Positions 59,637 through 64,000 of a DNA stretch of 64,000 nt are shown piece by piece; position 1 is the first letter of the stretch; the number at the start of each line of letters is the position of its first letter. This stretch comes from Babesia bigemina (lineage: Eukaryota). The notes under the pieces are model-generated. The model was not told the origin of the DNA, did not search any database, and saw only the letters and a program-made list of their open reading frames with translations. Position numbers and translations under genes: made by a program. Location: assembly GCF_000981445.1 (NCBI RefSeq), contig NC_027217.1, positions 2,480,001 to 2,544,000 on the forward strand, written 5' to 3'.

Positions 59637-60964
59637 ATGTCGCTGGTCAACGTGACCAACATAACAGTCGCGAACAACGTCTGCCCGGTGACGGCGCCGT
59701 TGGTGTTCCAAATCGAATTCGAATGCCTGGAGGACCTCAAGCACGACGTGGAGTGGAAGGTCATATACGTGACATCCGATGGAACGGGTTACGTCACTGG
59801 CGAGCAGGAGCCCATTGACGTCGCCCACTCCCGGGATGGAGAGATTGTGCTGGACGCTGTGTGTCTGGGACCGGTGTGCCGGGGAATCTTGGAGTTCGAG
59901 TTTAGGGTGTCGCCGCCAGATTTCACAAGGGTGGGTGCAAACATTTACATATTAACGCTTTGCAGCTGAATCCGGCCGGGATACTGGGAATGCAGGCCGT
60001 GCTCGTGACGGCCAACTACTGCGACCAGGAGTTCATACGCATCGGATACTACACGAACAACTGCTACGACGACCCGCTTCTGCGGGAGTGTCCGCCGGAC
60101 GTGCCCAACATCGACAAGATGGTGCGGTGCATCATCGACCAGCCCAGGGTCACCAGGTTCCCCATCAAATGGGACTCGGACATTGTAGTGGACCCTGAAG
60201 GCAACGACATCAGCCAAGTTATTGATGATAACCCAGAGGAAAACAATACCGACGGCGAGGAAGAGGATGAAGAGGAATATGACGACGAGGGCGAAGATGA
60301 CGAGAAGGATGAAGAGGAAACGAAACCAGACACTGCAGCTGAGAACAACGGTGTCGGTGAATCGGGGAGTCTCGCGCCTGAAAGTGGCGATGTGAACAAG
60401 GATTTCGAGGAGACCAATGGCCAGCAAACAAATACAAGCGGCGATGTGGACGTTGCGGCATCGAGTGAAGTGCCCGCAGACGCCGGAATCGATGTTGGAG
60501 AAGCGGATATGGCTGCAAACGAAAATGACGTTAAGCTAGATGACACGACGGAATCTAGTCGCTCTGACTCCGGCAGCGATGACATAGACGATTCCTATAC
60601 CAGTTATGATGCTTCGGATGAAGCGTACGGGTATGACCTTGTCGGTATAAGTGTTCGCCCCGATTTTGATAGCACCGCCGATGGCGAGGCCGACAACGAA
60701 GCGGACAGCAACGAATCTTCCGAGGACACAGATAGCGATGCTATCCAGAGGACAGACGAACAAATGGGAATGTCGGGAGAGGGTAGTTCCGAAGAAACCG
60801 GTTCCAGATTTAGGATGGAAGGCGACCTGACAGAGGACGGCGTGGCAGTGAAACGCACCGTAAGAGAGGTCATGACAGAAGGTTCAGAAGAGGATGGCAA
60901 GGTTAGACGCGTTTCGCCCCTCGTGACGGTCTCGACTGTCACCTCGATAACGGACGTGCAATGA
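59637..60964 (+). CDS. ASF1: Histone chaperone ASF1 with long acidic tail
   Basis: MSLVNVTNI, FQIEFECLE, VEWKVIYV, QEFIRIGYY and PRVTRFPIKWD. Intron 59931-59965. Confidence 0.97.
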
Positions 60965-61584
60965 ATCTGCAGGGCAGATGAAAGGCCAATTTTTAACCGC
61001 GCCCTTGTGGAGCGGGTCCTATATCGCACCGCAGGAACCATAGCTCAAATATGGCAAGAAATTGGCGCGTCACGCATGATAGTCGCGCAGCAATCCTGCG
61101 GTATAACGTAGTATGCGGCATGCCAAACACCATAGGCACCGAAGATTTAAACAGGGACCTATTCTCGCCAAGTGGCAATACTGCAGAAAAGCCGCAGTAA
61201 CATCAACACTAGCTAGTAGTGCCCATTTAATCGTATCCTATAATCGCTATTCCCCCATGGCTGAGCCATTAGACGATGGTCGAATGGGTTTCGCCGTCAT
61301 GTTTATGTGATCCCATGCGTATTCGTAAACGTGAAGGGCTTTAACAACGCCGTAATAGTTTTGTTGGGTGTCTCCAGTTGACTGGGATTCGGGCACGCGG
61401 ATATGATGGTTGCCCTGCTACCCAGCTTGGTTTCATACGTAAATGTGCAAAGAGCGGTACTGATACGATGCATTTCATATTATAAATAGTTATTGCTTTG
61501 TATTGACTGCCGTTCCAGCCCCTTTAAAACGAAAACGTGGTGTCATCGCAGTGGGAACCCACTGCGTGCGATGCGGGCACGGCA

Positions 61585-62316
61585 CTAGGCGCGCCTGAAG
61601 AGCCCTTTGATGCGATCCATTATTGCGCCGAAACTGTCAAGCGCAGGACGAGCGTCAATGTAAACCTGTACGTCGTCTTGCGCGCGTGGGTCATCGTAGT
61701 AGTCGATGATGTACCGCACCTCTCGGCCGCAGCGGTTGACGAACCAGTCGTGCCGGTCGAATGGCTCACCCATCCTGCAGACGAATACACGCTACAGCCA
61801 CGCAACTCACCTCCAAATGTAGCGATGCATTAACGACCTCGGCGAGTTGTGGCCGTACTTGCCGACGAAACGACGCAGCTGCGGATTGGGGCATGTGCTG
61901 CAGCCTATGGTACACAACATTCATTCTGTACCTACCTGGAATGCATTTTCTCCCACTCCAGGACTTTCTCCCAGGTCCTCTCGTTGACATTGTTGTGCGC
62001 CATCACGGCTTCCCGCATGTACGCCGCTTCGTCGGGGGACGTCTTACGCTTCAGCGCCAGAGCGTTGTAAAACTGCATGGGCGAGGGGTACGTCCACTCT
62101 ACGCATAATTAGGTCTCATATTACCGACTCACTTTCTCCAGTATCCGCACGTGGTATCGACGACTGTTCACGGGTCCTGTCCAGTCCTCTAGCGGCGTCT
62201 TCTAGAGCACGGTTCGGCAGCACCGGCATCATGTTCGCTTCGTTGACATCCAGCGGGCATGAATGGCTGCCTACATCCCCCGTAGCCAACCCGCTACAGG
62301 CTTCTTTGCGATCCAT
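61585..62316 (-). CDS. HCCS: Cytochrome c/c1 heme lyase (holocytochrome c synthase), 4 exons
   Basis: CP motif, [46 protein letters not shown] and DARPALDS. Confidence 0.96.
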
Positions 62317-62854
62317 GGTGGCTTATAATAGTGCGATTGACCACAAAATCGACGTGGTAGTCCACGATCACGTCAGACACATCAAACAGAACGGATGTGT
62401 CGATGGGTGAAATTAACAGCAAAGCATTTTGGAGACGAATAATATGACAGTGTTGAGTTATGTGCCCATATGTGTAAGTATTTTCACGACGTATGTCAGA
62501 CGACGGTTTGATACTCGGCTTCGGTGGGTCTACGCGCGCCCTCGACGTGCTTAAGAGGGGTGTAACTCTTCATTGCTGCCTGTTATACGCACTACAAGGT
62601 TTCACTGGCAAATAGCGGCTGTTTACCGGGCGGATTCCACGCCAATAAAGGAGGTTGATTTGCCTGTCTCATGTGCGCGGTCATTGAGCTCTGAACCTTC
62701 CGGCCGCTGGACTGGGACATCAACGTCAAGAATCTTTAGGCTCTGTTAGAGTGCCTATAACCGTAGAGCTATACCGCTCTGTAGGCCCTGTTCTGTCACC
62801 ATTGCGTAGGAGCCGGTGCCTTTGCGCCACCTCTGTTACCCAGCACCTCTCACA

Positions 62855-63577
62855 ATGGCGAGGAATTCGGAGAAGGCGAACGCCATGCTCAACAGATGGC
62901 TGCGTGTCAAAAGCGGCTTGTCGATGCACGACATCAACTTGATGCGGAGGCCTCGCCACACCTCGGAGGTGGAGGACGTGCGAACTGCCGAGCACTGGCG
63001 CAACCTGGTGGTCAAGGATGTCATGATCTCGATTTCGCGCATCCAGAACGCAAGCTTGGGCGAGTATGCGATCAGGGATCTCAACGATGAGATCAACCGT
63101 TTGATCGGTTTGCGCAAGCGCTGGGACGAGAGAGTCATCGAGTTGGGTGGACCGGATCAGCGTGCCCTCTCTTCCTCCATCGAGAATGCACATGGAGCTG
63201 AGCTAAAGGTGGGAGGCGGCGGTTACCGCTATTTCGGAGCCGCTAAGAACCTACCGGGTGTACGCGAACTATTTGAGAAGCAGGAGAGTGACCAGAGGAT
63301 GGCAGACACTTACGTGACGCGTGCAGAACTGTATCGCATGATAAATCCAGACTACTACGGTTTCCGTGACGACGAGGACGGGCATCTGTCCAGGGCAGAG
63401 GCGGAAATGGAGCGTTCGTTGCATCGAGCACACCTGGCTGAGGTGGGTGAATTAAACCTGGACCCAGCCGACCTGGAGCACGATGACCTAGAATGGGATG
63501 AGTCTCTTAGGGAGATAATTGCCGAATATCTGGATACTAAACCAAAACGTGTGGATCCGGGATTGGATACGGCCTGA
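62855..63577 (+). CDS. ISY1: Pre-mRNA splicing factor ISY1
   Basis: [51 protein letters not shown] and DYYGFRD. Confidence 0.97.
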   Translation: MARNSEKANAMLNRWLRVKSGLSMHDINLMRRPRHTSEVEDVRTAEHWRNLVVKDVMISISRIQNASLGEYAIRDLNDEINRLIGLRKRWDERVIELGGPDQRALSSSIENAHGAELKVGGGGYRYFGAAKNLPGVRELFEKQESDQRMADTYVTRAELYRMINPDYYGFRDDEDGHLSRAEAEMERSLHRAHLAEVGELNLDPADLEHDDLEWDESLREIIAEYLDTKPKRVDPGLDTA

Positions 63578-64000
63578 TCTAGGCAGTGCCGTGACCCCCT
63601 GTTTACGGTGGGTCAAGGCACCACCAAAACAGGGGGGCACATGGCACCGCCAATCGCATCATAACTACTATATTATCGCATTACCAACACATATAGCATC
63701 ACTTCCTCACGCGATTAGCTAATGTAGTCTTATCGGTATTTTTAGCTCTGGTCAGCATCCGTTGATGTAGTTTGCTCTTGCATACGCTTCGAGAAGTGCC
63801 ATAACCCTTTTGCAAAATGCGTATCGGTGGCTATATCAAGGCTTACAATATGTAGGTTTGCAAATGCTGGCTAGAACCGTGTCGTTCTTAATGTCTCCGA
63901 AATGCGTTCACCATTGTCAATATTCACCATGCCACCAGCCTGAACGCACCAACCGGCCGCAGCAGGCACCCCAACCATGTACTACGCCGATTAGGCTATT

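Noticed and set aside
7606..60964. Apparent functional cluster of chromatin genes (ARP4, EAF3, ATR, ASF1) or of mitochondrial genes
   Set aside because: Dispersed among unrelated genes; plausible by chance in a compact genome

Overview
Gene-dense eukaryotic DNA, inferred to be a piroplasmid apicomplexan (Babesia-like). The evidence is GC-rich codon usage, many 28-50 nt GT..AG introns, and nuclear genes with bipartite signal+transit leaders, including an apicoplast-type RpoA. About 28 protein-coding genes are supportable. Recognisable ones are an EngB GTPase, ALG14, an ARP4-like actin, 6PGD, POP5, ISCU, mitochondrial uS11, a NEK-like kinase, VPS13, a CCCH zinc-finger protein, RpoA, an MRG/EAF3 protein, a VHS-GAT protein, FUN14, a B-box protein, SNIP1/Pml1, ATR, ASF1, HCCS and ISY1, alongside several hypotheticals. 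I recognised no rRNA, tRNA, CRISPR array or mobile element. The best candidate for something undescribed is a divergent pair of paralogous single-TM microproteins (shared MI-x4-WPFE and ELYG motifs) in a gene-poor island. Other notable observations are a receptor-topology kinase with a ~170-aa activation segment, two convergent genes ending on one 16-bp palindrome, a tandem repeat of a gene's own stop codon, and a long structured intron. All family calls come from motif recognition by eye and all exon boundaries were inferred manually; no database search was run.
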